Positions 1-13,783 are shown, counted from the whole stretch's first letter. The stretch is DNA of 63,527 bases, filler included, from Octopus bimaculoides (GCF_001194135.2; 5 parts of 5 records of this genome joined end to end with filler, not necessarily neighbours in it), one strand, 5' to 3'. Program-made: numbers and translations. Notes: generated by a model from the sequence alone, not told the origin.

Positions 1-73
<73 letters not shown>
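1..73. repeat. (AG)n microsatellite
   Basis: Pure AG dinucleotide run, directly visible. Confidence 0.97.
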
Positions 74-75
<2 letters not shown>

Positions 76-193
76 TAAACTTTATACAGAAAGTAGAGAT
101 AACAAAAATGAAAACTTTCCGCACAGATGTGAAAAGTTTAGACGGAACAGTGAGAATGTCTTATTTGAAATCGTAAATAATAAAATATTTTAA

Positions 194-523
194 TACAGTT
201 CTATATTTAAGAGATGAGGAATTATTTACATTATTTACATTATCTACATTTGGCGTAGTGGTTAAGAGCGCGGGCTACTAACCCCAAGGTTCCGAGTTCG
301 ACTCACGGCAGCGACCTGATTAATAATAATAATAATAATAATATAATAATAATAATAATATAATAATAATAATAATAGTAACATCGATAGGAATGAGAAC
401 CCAGGTTCGAAATTTCCCCAAGACACCTGACGAAGGCTGGAGGGTATATCAGCCGAAACGTTGTGTTAACAACAAACAAGATGAGGACGAATATCCGTCA
501 AATGTAGATAATGTAAATAATGG
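194..523 (+). mobile_element. tRNA-derived SINE family D, copy 1, with hammerhead-like tail and inverted 3' terminus placed 5' of the head
   Basis: A box TGGCGTAGTGG at 251, B box GAGTTCGACTC, internal (TAA)n, tail with CTGACGA...GAAACGTT at 421-467. Bases 194-250 are the reverse complement of the family 3' end. Homologous to 1403-1692, 41277-41530 and 44296-44358. Confidence 0.85.
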
Positions 524-1402
524 AAATATTTTAAGTTGTGTAAATAAAGATTATGAAACTCAGTGTTTTATTTGATGAATATGAAGACTGAGCGTAAAAT
601 TTAGCGATAATAGAGATGGAAAAGATACTTTACAGAACATACATTTTTTAAAAGATTGCTTGAATGTCTAATATATTTTTGGTGTTTAACCAAGCAGTTT
701 GAAACAAGTAACAGTAAGATCTAAAGCAGTAATCGTCAAACATTATTCGTTGAAGTAATTCGAGGAAGATTGAAAACAAGGCGGCTAAATGACCGAAATG
801 ACCTTAAAGATAGCTTACATTACACGCTACAATATTGCCATTCATGAAATTAGAGCGCTGCGTGTCTGAATTTTTCTCCGTTTCATTTTAATAACCCAGA
901 AGTTGGTTACATACTAAAACGAAACACTCAAGCTGCACAAATTTGTTGCAATTTACTGTTTTCGTTGATTGTAGGGTCTTGCGAAATGGTAACGTGAAGA
1001 TGTTCTCGTGTGTCTGGTCTGGTTTTAAATTTAGAGCTGCTGTCTGGCAATGTTTTTGAAAAAGCAATTATCATTTCGTGGACAATTATACGGTCCATGG
1101 AATTACAAGCAGAAAATGATGCATTATTGTAACAGGAATGTTCTCTGCACTAAAGTGGTTAATTGAGCTAGAAAAATACTTAAAACAAAAAACATATATA
1201 TTTGATTCTGCTAAAGATCCTGCGATATCTATTGTTAGGCTGGAGATGAAAAATAATTAAATTACAGATTCTTGGCGATATTTTTTTCTTCTTTTGCATT
1301 TATGCTTAAATTTAGATTCTTTCTTAGTATATTCCAAAATCTATTATTACGTATCAGAGGATCCAAAATAGCAAATTAAATTTGATCTAACATCGAATAT
1401 TA

Positions 1403-1692
1403 TACAGTTCTATATTTAAGAGATGCGGAATTATGTACATTATTTACATTTGACGGATATTTATCCTCATCTTCTTTGTTGTTAACACAACGTTTTGGCT
1501 GATATACCCTCCAGCCTTCATCAGGTGTCTTGGGGAAATTTCGAACTTGGCTTCTCATTCCTAAGGTATTTTTCGATGTTGTTTTTGTTGTTATTATTAT
1601 TATTATAATTATTATACAGATCACTGCTTGGAATCGAACTCGGAACCTTGGAGTTAGTAGCCCGCGCTCTTCACCACTTCGCCATGTGCCCG
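1403..1692 (-). mobile_element. SINE family D, copy 2 (GAAA core mutated to AAAA)
   Basis: Reverse-complement homologue of 251-523 with the full 3' end. Confidence 0.85.
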
Positions 1693-2648
1693 TAGGCCTA
1701 TCAGCCCCTTTCATCTCAAGCCTTGTAGCCGTCATCGCTGTAACTGGAGCGACTGGGTTTATGGCCTTCCAATCCCAGTCAGAGCTTTGCAGAATGAACA
1801 CTCTAAAGACACATATACATGACTATAATATGCCAGGATATTATTTTGTGCAATATGCATTATTTATCAAATAGTAGAAGGCTGTTTAGCGAAGTTTGGA
1901 AACACATCGGCATACGTTGTGAATGATTTGAGATGACTCATGCAGATAGCTTCAACGCCTGTTTCGATACCGTATGCATGCATTTTGCGTAGCCATAACA
2001 ATATGTACGTATCTAGCTATAGAAATATCTATTGATATATCTATAGAAATATCTATCTCTGTGTGTCCATGTCTATCTATCTATCTATCTATCTATTTTC
2101 ATATCGACCTATCTATCATCTATATATGCCATCTGTCATCTATTTATCTATCTATCTGTCTGTCTATCGGTCCATCTATCTATCTATCTAACAAATCATC
2201 TATCATTTATCTATTTATCTTCCTCTGTGTGTACCTATCTACATATATGTATGCGTGTATGCATCTTTGTATGTAAGTGTCTATGTATGTTAGACGCATG
2301 CATAAATAATCATAGAATGAAAAAAATATATATATACGCTTTCTATATAGACATACGTATAGTGTGTGTGTATACATACATACATATACATATATATATA
2401 TATATACATGCATATGTATATGCACGTATGTATATAATGTATGTATATACATATTAGAATATATAGAGAGCAACGGCGTATATCCTGCTACTTTTCTCCG
2501 TGCACTAGTCTTTCCAAAGATGATATATGGAAGAGACTGAACGATCAATAGCAGTTAGACGAAGAGCTTTGCCAAATTCACTTGGCTTCCGACCAAACCT
2601 CACCCACTTATGTTAAGGCATGGTCTCATATGTAACATACACAACTTA

Positions 2649-2692
<44 letters not shown>

Positions 2693-3340
2693 TACGCATT
2701 GGCAATATACATATGAATATAAACACAGTCACATGTACATAAGCAAAAGCACACATACATACTACGTGCACCTACACACGTACGAATCGTACACATTTTC
2801 AAATATATCCGCGAAACTGAAGAGCAAATAGAATCTAATTAAAATATTAACATATAAAGGACTCAATATGTAATGTAGAGTTAAATGTTGCCCTTTTGTC
2901 TCGATAAATGTTGCTATGAATATAGAATTTAATCGAAAGTCGGATTCTTTAGAATAATTTGAGAAATTCCAAATTTCGTAGACATATTATGGATCGTTAT
3001 ATGCATGAGAAACGAAGTCTCGTCCCATGACATTTTCTCATACAGCTGGATTCTCAGATCCCGTGCCATATATATATACTTCCTCTCCGCTATTCCCTGC
3101 ACGGAATGGCAATCTGTGGCCGTGTTACTCATATTGGCCAGCCAGGTGGACTGCAGCAACTTGACGTGGAGAGTTGTGCTCAAGAATACAATGCTTTGCT
3201 TGATCCAAGAATCGAAACTACAACATTTAGATTATGAGTGCAAGCGACTAAGCTATCATCTACACGCTAAAATGTATATATCTATCTATCTATCACAAAC
3301 ATTCACACAAAAACACACATATATACATAAATATGTATAT

Positions 3341-3482
3341 ACGACGGGCTTCTTTCAGTTTCCGTATACCAAATCCACTCGTAGGGCTTTGGTCGACCCA
3401 AGCCTATATTAGAAGACACTTGCCAAGATGCCAAGCAGTGAGACTGAACTCGGAACCATGTAGCTGAGAAGCAGGCTACTTA
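3341..3482 (-). mobile_element. SINE family A, partial copy
   Basis: Matches the 5' half of the full-length copy at 51888-52288. Confidence 0.85.
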
Positions 3483-3566
3483 GCAAATAAATATATATGT
3501 ATTTATATACATGTGTATACATATATATACAAATATGTAAATATATATGTTCTTATATATATACAC

Positions 3567-3609
<43 letters not shown>

Positions 3610-5036
3610 TATATGCATGTGTTCATGTGTATTCTTACCCACGCACACAAAATCATACGCCCACACACATATATCATAATTTACTTCGAATGATGTAAGG
3701 CATATAACGCTTTGCGGAAGCTCGTTCGAATTACGTGCCAGGCAGCCAGGCAGCCAGGCAGTAGGGCACTAGTGAGTTATATTTAATAGCATTCACAATC
3801 ATATTATTCTCTGTCTTCTGCACTAAACTCGGAATAGATTATCTTGTTTCACGTTTTAATCCAAAATTAATGCGGGCTATTGATTGTCTTCTTATCGATT
3901 TGGTAGCGTTTGCCAACATGCGCTTGGTAGGAATTAGAATAGCCGATTTCACCGCTAGCGTAACAATACACACACGCACATAAACACAGACACAAACACA
4001 CACGTGCAGATGGCTACTCGAACATGGACACACGCACGCATACGCATACATAGACCTTCACATATTTTTATGTTTGAACCTATCTATGTGAAGTAAATCA
4101 CACATCCTTTGAAGCAGATATTCATGGAAAAATAAAATCATTAATGCATATACACATATACTTTTTGTTTGATCATATGAAATATATATATATGTATGAA
4201 TATTTTTATGTATAAATCTTTACCCTTTTTCCAACACCTTCCTCGTTATTTCTCTCTCTCTCTCTCTCTTTTACAAACACACACATATAAATATACTAAC
4301 GCACGTATCGAGAGAAAGAGAGAAAACGAGGGATAGGGTAAGGAGAAAGTGAAGCAGAGATCGAGAACTAGTGATTCTAATTTCTAATGCTATCTCTATT
4401 GCGTTCACCGAGTATTTTTTTACAGCTCAACTAACATTCCGCAAAATCAGAGAATGCACTGTTCACCATACCCTATACATCGAAGCACGAATTTCGTTTT
4501 AGGAAGTTACTAGCAGACGTTGATCGTATCAGCTGGGACCCACGTCGTCGAAACTGAACGACGANNNNNNNNNNNNNNNNNNNNNNNNNNNNNNNNNNNN
4601 NNNNNNNNNNNNNNNNNNNNNNNNNNNNNNNNNNNNNNNNNNNNNNNNNNNNNNNNNNNNNNNNACATATATATATACATACATATATATATATATATAT
4701 ACATACATATACATTTATTTTTTATTTTTCATTTCCTTTCGAAATTATCCCTATTTTTTGTGGTATGTAGTCTTTTCCTGCTATTTCTAGCGAGTAGATG
4801 TCCTATTATAGGCATCTCTGCATTTTAAATGAATAATACATAGTCTATTGACTGTTTTTTTTACTCTCGCTAGACCACTGGTGGTAAATAAAATTTCTAA
4901 AATTGTTTTGCTACCCTGTAATTTATTAATAATGATAAAATATACATACATATATATATATATATGTAAATATATGTATGTATATGTATATATATACATT
5001 TTGTTTATAGAATACATGCATATGATTACACTCACT

Positions 5037-5082
<46 letters not shown>

Positions 5083-5173
5083 ATTATATAAACATATACT
5101 TATTTATATATTCATATATATACATGAATATATAAATATATATAAATAAATAAATGCATACGTNNNNNNNNNN

Positions 5174-5227
<54 letters not shown>

Positions 5228-5231
5228 TGTA

Positions 5232-5266
<35 letters not shown>

Positions 5267-5612
5267 AGATATAGAGAATCAAAGGAGTCGAATTATCAAG
5301 AGACTCACGCGCCGCCAAAACGTAGTTTGAGAGGTCACAGGGATCGCATTTGGAAAGTACCATTATAGTTCATTCCCGGCAGCGGAGACGTTGTTGCGGT
5401 TGGGGAATGGACGGAAGAATTACGATTGGGGATTTATAACCTATGACCTATTCCGTTGCCAGGAGGCTGCGCTAACGTAGTGCAGGACGGGTGGTATTGC
5501 ACTTGGTTGAAGTTAAGTTGCCATGTCGAATTACATTGAAGTTTCAAACGTGTTGGCCTATTCATCCATCTGCAGAATACTTATAGCTACACAGACGTAT
5601 ATGTAAAAAGAC

Positions 5613-5649
<37 letters not shown>

Positions 5650-5730
5650 TACAATACGCTCTAAGGATTGTTTATTGATACCACTACAGTCGTGGATTAA
5701 CGCATCATACTATATGTCTGTCTACAAATG

Positions 5731-5769
<39 letters not shown>

Positions 5770-6610
5770 TGTATATGTATATATACTTATACAGAGATGC
5801 ATACAGGCATATGTGTATGCTTATATAGCATTGAAATATGTGAATGTGTTGTGTTCTTATCCCTTGTGTTATGGTGATAAAACCAAGAAATTCGTTTTAG
5901 CATAAGAATACTTTTGCTGCTGCAAGACAATACATCTTTCCACTGTGCACCGAGGAATTTTTGAACCGACTGTTGGGCTACAGTGGCACCGTGTTTTCGG
6001 CGTGGAGTAATATTCTAAATGGAATGGAAATAGTGTTACTTAAATTGGTCAAGGAACGTTTTCATATCGAAAGAACCCACAATCTCAAATCAACTGGGAT
6101 TGAAACCGTTCTGCTGTTTTGCTTCGAATTGCACCGTTGAAACTGTATTTGATTTTTTTCAATTGCAAGATCTACCAAAAATGGGGTTTTAATGATTACG
6201 TTAGCTGAACACGTCCGGGGAGCGCATGATATATATTGGAGGAGTATCAGCAGCGAAACAGTTCCTTTTAATAAAGGAACCAGAAAATCATCTCCGATTG
6301 GGATAATAACAACATAATCCATTGGGAGAAGGAGATTAGCAATGGCAACAACTTCTACAAGGTCTAAAACAATAGCAACATCTTAGGCAACGGCAAAAAG
6401 AATGAGAACAACAACTAATTAATGCAAATTCAAAGGGTCGTATCCCTTGTTAGTTTCTTCATCTTAGATTACTTTTCTTTCTATGATATCGAGTTAAGAC
6501 TCGGCTCCAACTTAACTAATCTATCTGCATGAAATATTATGCAAATCTTGTTCTCGAAAGCCTCTCTTGTCGAAAAACACAGAACAAAAAATAAAAGATC
6601 TTTGTAACAG

Positions 6611-6701
6611 AATGCAATAACATGTTCCCCCATCATCCGTTGCAGGTTGGCATCCCAACCCACTTGGGGCATCCAATGCTGAGCTCCAAAGAAATGCAAT
6701 G
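6611..6701 (+). CDS. candidate internal exon, phase 1 to 2: (E)CNNMFPHHPLQVGIPTHLGHPMLSSKEMQ(W); product unknown
   Basis: Acceptor tttgtaacag, donor TG|gtaaag. Only this one of the three plus-strand frames is open across the block. Unique, GC-richer sequence. No homology recognised. Confidence 0.3.
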
Positions 6702-6853
6702 GTAAAGATTAAGCAGAAAATAATAATCTCCAACTGTGAACATCTTAATTTTCCAACATACATACATACATACACACACACACACTGAAGCAACAAAAGT
6801 AGGGGATTCACTATTGCAACGCATCTACTGTTATTGTGGTTTATTGTCTCCAG

Positions 6854-6917
6854 GGAGGATTACCAGATTAGACTAATAGAGAAATGTTTGTTTTCTGCAT
6901 ATACTGGACAAGCATAA
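6854..6917 (+). CDS. candidate terminal coding exon (W)EDYQIRLIEKCLFSAYTGQA*
   Basis: Acceptor ttattgtctccag; phase-compatible with 6611-6701 across a 152-nt intron. Confidence 0.2.
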
Positions 6918-8376
6918 CCAAACAGTTTCGGAAGATTCTTCACTGATAGGATGACCAGAGCTCAGCCTCGGGCATTTTGCTCAGTGGATCGTTTAAGACA
7001 TTGGCTGTATTGAGAAATTGTGAAGGAAACTATGTAGATGAAAACTGTAAGGAAGACTGTCTGTGTAATTGAATATGACTCCTAATTCCAAAGGACAGGC
7101 TGGACTCTTTGTGTCACGCTGATGCGGCTTACGAATTTCATAAAGAGTATTTCCGTCAGTGGAGTGTTAAGCAACTTACACTGCATTTCATGGCGCTGGT
7201 ATTTCGGCTGGTCAATTATTTGAATATTAATAACCGAAACTGACGGAGATCCATTTAACTCACTCTAAACTACCTTATCCTTTATAGCTTTTCTGTTTCC
7301 TCAGTATAATGATAAGATGCGATGTCACAGATACTTGGATGCACTTACCATTGATCAAAACTCAAAAGACTGACGTAGAACTTACATAGTTAGCATATTT
7401 ACATATTATTCAGAAATCATTTAAAAGTTAAAAACTCAGTTAAACTGGATGTGTGAGCGATGGTACTTTCAGAAAATATCTGGTTATAGTTTTCTTCTTC
7501 CCAAAATTTTAACGAACTTTCACGGAAGTAACGAGTACATTAATGGGTCAGATTCGTCACTCGACCTGATGGTGAAGAGTTCAAATCTTTGGTTTATTTC
7601 TCAAGGCTGCATCTACCGAACGCGAAACGAAGCAGTAACAGATGGTCGAGAATTTATAACAGAAAAAAAAACAGCGATAAAAGATATTGAAAGACATTTC
7701 ATACTACGCTTTAAACATATCGCCAATCCACATGGGCCACAAGCGTTTTCAAATGCAGCACATAAACCTGAAAAGTGAACAAGGCTTCAGTGGCTGCATT
7801 GGCACCGACATTAATAAAATACAAAGCGAGAGAATCAGCATCAATGTATATTCGGTTGCCTTGAAGAATGGAATTTTGCGGTGCTTCACACAGATGCTCT
7901 CCTGAATGGTGCGATTTTCTCTCTCGAAGGACAAGCAAGCGATACCTCAATTTCCTCACCCCTACGGCAATAAAAACATATTGACGCATATATATATATA
8001 TACTCTTCGGATTTTACTAATACAACGTTAAAGCGATGAGACAGATGTTGGAATGGCGAACTGACGAAATTATATTTACGAGTTTGAAACCTGTCAAAAT
8101 CGATTCATCTCTTCATCTCTCAAGAGTTGATAACATATGTGCCAATCGATAAATATATCCGATCGTTTGACATATAGAAGCGGACGCAATTCTTGAAATT
8201 GGCGTTCAAAGGTTATACAAACTTGACGGCATCTAGAAGACGTGTCCGTTCTTCTAATCGCACGAAACAAAATACAATAATGTTTTTCAATATAAAATTA
8301 CGCGGCATACAATATATATATTTATATGTATACATGTATCTCTCTCGCTCTATCTATCTATTTATCTATCTATATA

Positions 8377-8434
<58 letters not shown>

Positions 8435-9258
8435 TACATACCTATGAACTTACATATATACGCATATACATAGATATGTGTTTGTATGAGTGTATGCAAA
8501 TGTATCTGACTATGTATAAAACTATAGAGCTAGGGTTCGGGGTGGGTGCGGTGGTAGACCTTCTCGATATTTGAAATAAAAGGAGGTTTAAAGTGGCTAT
8601 TTCACCTCGGTGAACGACGTACGTTTAACGTGAATACTTTCCAAAGTGAACCCAAAAGAGAATCGATAATGGCGATTTATTTGAGTAAAGTTATATTACC
8701 TGGGGCTAATTAGTGTCCAATACAGTAATTCACAGAATTGATAAGCGAGACACCTGCCAAAATTATACTTAACACACAGGCAGTTGAATTAAATTCTTCA
8801 GTCTGGAAGTAAACAGGAGAGACAGAAATGGACGATGTAGCAGTAATAGAAAGAGAGGGAGAGAGAGAGGGGGGACACCGGGAGATAGAGAGACCGAGGG
8901 AGGAAGAGGGAAGGGTAGGAGGTAGAAAATTATGGAAAGAGCAATGCAGAAAGAATTGAGGGAGGGTGAATCGGTAGAATTTGGAAGACAGTATAAATTG
9001 AAAGGACAGATTGAGTTATAGGAAAGAAACAGTGTTCTATATACACACATACATACTCACTACACATGCAGGTATGTATGTGTATATATATATATATATG
9101 TGTGTGTGTGTCTGTGTGTATATAGATATATATGTCTATATATATACACACATGTACATAATATGTATGTATATATTTATATGCATATATACATATATAA
9201 ACATATATATATATACGTATAAATATATATATATTTATATATATATATATATATATTT

Positions 9259-9292
<34 letters not shown>

Positions 9293-9907
9293 TATATACG
9301 TGCACATAGCCAACTACACATTAAGTCACACACACAATTATATAACATATTTTTATATACATATGTTTATATATATGTGTAATATATGTATATATATATA
9401 CATATATATATATCCATATGTGCGTGTATGTGTGTGTGTAAGCATGTATATACCTACACACAGACAAACAGAAAGAAAGAAAGAGAGAGAGAGAGTGAGA
9501 GAGAAAAGGGGAGGGGGATAGAGGGAGTGACTGTTGAAAGTAAATGAGGGAGAATGGGACAGAATTGAATGTGGTTGTTCATGTTAAGGTTACAATTACG
9601 ACAAGTGAACTTTGAGCAATCAAATACTCACGAAGTAGAGACATTGAAATTACTAGACAATCGAACGTTACTGATATTCTGACATTATCTCATAACAATA
9701 GAAGAATGGAGTGGATATCACATAGCTAGAGACGAATCAGGACAGAAGCAGACATACACTTATACAGATATATAATTACGGAGAGCCAGTCGCATGCTGC
9801 AATCCTCGAATAGGTATTCCGTATGGACACATACATGCACCTATACATACATACATGCGCACATACATATATACATACATACATATATACATACATACAT
9901 ACATATA

Positions 9908-9945
<38 letters not shown>

Positions 9946-10153
9946 ATATAAATAATATATATGCCAATATGCATACGTATATGTACATACTTACATCTAT
10001 ACGTATATATATCTGCATATGTGGGCACAGGACGTCACGAAACGTGTACAACGACAAAAATACGAAGTACGAGTACATGGAACATGAACTATTTATTCGA
10101 ACACCGAAAGATACAAATGGAAAACAGGCAAACACACACACACACACACACAA

Positions 10154-10197
<44 letters not shown>

Positions 10198-11014
10198 NNN
10201 NNNNNNNNNNNNNNNNNNNNNNNNNNNNNNNNNNNNNNNNNNNNNNNNNNNNNNNNNNNNNNNNNNNNNNNNNNNNNNNNNNNNNNNNNNNNNNNNNNNN
10301 NNNNNNNNNNNNNNNNNNNNNNNNNNNNNNNNNNNNNNNNNNNNNNNNNNNNNNNNNNNNNNNNNNNNNNNNNNNNNNNNNNNNNNNNNNNNNNNNNNNN
10401 NNNNNNNNNNNNNNNNNNNNNNNNNNNNNNNNNNNNNNNNNNNNNNNNNNNNNNNNNNNNNNNNNNNNNATATATATATATATATATATACCTACCTGAA
10501 GCCGTGACTGAGGGAGAAAATACATATGTTACCTGTGAATTTGCGTGTGTAAACTAGGAATGCATACAATGAGCTTCTCTGCCCTAGGTGTACGGAAAAC
10601 ACTGGGCGAGAAATGGAAGAAAATTTGAAGAAAGAAGAAAAGATAATAATAATATTATTTTTAATAATAATAATAGAATGTAGTACGGTCAGTTTGTTCG
10701 ACCGAACATTCTTGAAGGCAATGCCCCAGCATGGTTGGATATATAATGATTGAAAAGAGTTTAAAAAATAAAGGACAGTATAAATTGCAATGAAAATATC
10801 ATAAATGATTAATGTTTAGAATTCTTCCATCAAGATGTGAACTAATTTGCAATCTTCATCCTGAAGGCAAAAACAAACGCAAGAATATATTTGTCAGATG
10901 TGTGAGTTTCGTGGCATATTTATCATTTAATCTCTTCTCGATAAGATTTTCCTTTCTGTCTTCAGGTATATTTTTCGTTGTGTTGTATAATTTTAATGGC
11001 ACTTGGTTATACAA

Positions 11015-11640
11015 CTTATAGATATTTCTTCCTGTCTACTCTAGGCAAAATACCAGTAATTTCGTGGGAGTGGAGTAGTTTATTACATCGAACCCAGTGC
11101 TCGACTGGTACTTATTTTATCGACCCCGAAACAATGAAGGGCAAATTAAACCTCGGTGGAATTTGAACTCAGAACGTAGTAACTGACGAAGTCCCGTTAA
11201 ATATTTTGCTGGGTGTGCTTAAAGTTTCTGTCAGCTTGCCGCCTTTTCTTAACTTCATAATGGTTTCATATTTTGGCGCAAGGTCAGTAACTTTGAAGAA
11301 GGCAATAAGCTGGTTACATCGACCTCAGTATTCAGCTTGTACTTATCTTATCGATCCCGATCACAAACGGATAAAAAGCAAAATCGTCCGGGCAGAATTT
11401 TTATCCACTTACTATTGAAACTTATTAAGGCGGTGGCGCATTAAGATGGCACATCGGTCTAAATGATTAGCGGCATCTGGTTCATGTTCACCTTCTGAGT
11501 TCAAATTCCGCTGAGGTCGACTTTGCATTTCATGCTTTCAGGGACCATAGAGTAAGAACCAGTTGATTACAGTTATCGATGAAAACGATTAACCACCTTC
11601 CCCAATATTGCTGGCCCCGTGGAAACCTTGGAATCGATAT
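11015..11640. mobile_element. three SINE family B copies (two minus, one plus)
   Basis: Family motif TTCTGAGTTCAAATTCCGCCGAGGTCGACTTTGCCTTTCATCCTTTCGGGGTCGAT or its reverse complement. The central block resembles the Deu/Nin SINE domain (from memory, not searched). Confidence 0.85.
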
Positions 11641-12027
11641 TAAGACATATTATATTCTCTTTGATTATATGACGACCATACATGTGCCTTCTGGTTGTGG
11701 ATTTCGAAACCACCTTAATAATTTATAATTTTCTCTTTGTCCATTTATGGAATCAGTCTCTGATTCCAACGATATTTTCTATAAGCTGACAAGGCGAATT
11801 ACCTTTTATCCTCGGCAACTGGGTGAGAGTCCCTAATGATGATTAATAAAACCCGAAATCAACGGTAGGGGATCTGGATCTGCCTCGCTTGCTCTAGGGA
11901 GCTTATGCCTCTTGTCAGTCATTAGATAAACGCTTTCTCGTGGCTATGAGTTTTACTGACTTTTATTTCTAACGATACTGGTGCTGAATAGCACCCTCGG
12001 TCACTTTAGTGACGTCTATATATAAAA

Positions 12028-12073
<46 letters not shown>

Positions 12074-12449
12074 CTGTGTGTAGACAGGACGTATACATAG
12101 TATAGAATAGTTATAAAAGTTGACAGTGGTGAGGTCCACTTGTATCAAGGGGACCCTACGAATAACCGAGGGACCCAATCGTTCAAGATCTCCCGTAACA
12201 CTCACAGGTCTACACTTAGAGAGCTACAGTGCGCACTAGCCATTTTCACAATTTTTACCCAATTTACAATAAATTCGCTCGGGGATATCACAGCACCTCT
12301 CTCTCCCCTCACAGTTTTCTCTTCAAGTAAAACTTGAAAAAGTCGATGAGGCCCCTACAAAACAGAAATGTATCTGTGGTCTTGACTTTCAACCTCGTCC
12401 ACCAAACGACATTTTTTTTTGCCGCATAATTATAAATCCTTGTATGAAT

Positions 12450-12765
12450 CGCAACAGATGGCTCTCCAAATACAAATATTTGAAAATAGAGATTACCCGA
12501 ATGCGGAGTCTAAAAACAAAAACAATCCCCTTAATATTAGGTGCATTAAGTATGATTAAAAAGCATACTGAGAAACATATAACGAAATCACCAGAACTTA
12601 CGACTATATATAAGACATCCTACGTAAAACATTTTCAATATTTTGAGAAAAACAACAGCAAAACAAACAATAGCATGTGCCCAAGGCACGCAGAGAAGCG
12701 CTCGGTAGTGCAGTGAAAGCACGTGATAAAAATAAGAATACTGACTAATAATGATAATAATAATG

Positions 12766-12797
<32 letters not shown>

Positions 12798-12800
12798 CGA
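12450..12800 (+). mobile_element. 3' fragment of a Dong/R4-like non-LTR retrotransposon
   Basis: Translation LSKYKYLKIEITRMRSLKTKTIPLILGALSMIKK, then after a deletion HILRKTFSI, is typical of the R4/Dong restriction-like endonuclease C-terminus. Ends in a (TAA)n tail. Confidence 0.75.
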
Positions 12801-13366
12801 GGGAGATAAATGAAAACGGATAAATCGCTAAAAACAAAGTTACCAACTTCACATGTGCATATGCATACACGCGCAAACATATTATGTTTGTGTGTGTGTG
12901 TGTGTGTGTGTGCATGCGTGTGCATGTAAGTATGTACACACTCACACACACACACACACACACACACCCACACGCATATATACACGTATATATGTATACG
13001 CGCAACAGAAACGAAAGGTCCATGCGAGTGAATCGGTGTTATTGACCAACCAAACTACACCCAGTTCTATGTATTGGTATATGCTGCCAGACAAGATTCC
13101 TTGGTTTTGCCAAATTCTAATTGATTCTTAAAACAATAAAAGAAAATTGGAACCACACCAAATTGGTAAGGAAAGATGGAATCCGAAAGAAATCAATGCG
13201 AAGAAGTTCAAGTAATTGGAAAAAGACAAGAAGGAAAAATGCATACATACATCAGGCAAGAAAAACTGCAACAACATTAAGAATAATAATAAAAGAGTAA
13301 GATATTGGCTACAACAGCAATAAGCGTAAGAATTAGGAGAGCAAACAAAACAACGATAGCAACATC

Positions 13367-13399
<33 letters not shown>

Positions 13400-13783
13400 T
13401 ATAATAATAATAATAATAGTAATAATAATAATAATGGCAATATTACCCTTATTTGCCATATGGGCAAAAACATCAGTAAAAACATTAAAACACAAGGTAA
13501 TAAATAATATATATTTTACTGCTTACACAAATAAATACTTATGTGTGCATACGTTAAAATGTTTGACATATATATATATACATATATGTTTCCATGTATG
13601 TATATTTATACGTATCTACACACGTACACAAATGACAGGCATCACATACGCGCGCACATATCATACACATACATAAATACATACATACACATGCATACAT
13701 ATATATGTGTATGCATGCATGTATAGCGTCTCAAAAAGTGAGATTTCTATATATTTGAAATTTGCAGAGGAATTTTGTAGTGG

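Noticed and set aside
5495-5505. TATTGCACTTG matches the start of miR-92; GTCGTCGAAAC at about 4544 resembles part of miR-981
   Set aside because: Only 11-nt matches, no pre-miRNA hairpin, and the 3' parts diverge.
5335-5569. Minus-strand frame open for about 77 codons except one TAA (5434-5436): possible readthrough or pseudo-exon
   Set aside because: No homology, no readthrough context, and compatible with chance.
10588-10630. VRKTLGEKWKKI resembles an HMG-box helix
   Set aside because: Immediate stop and no other HMG-box segments.
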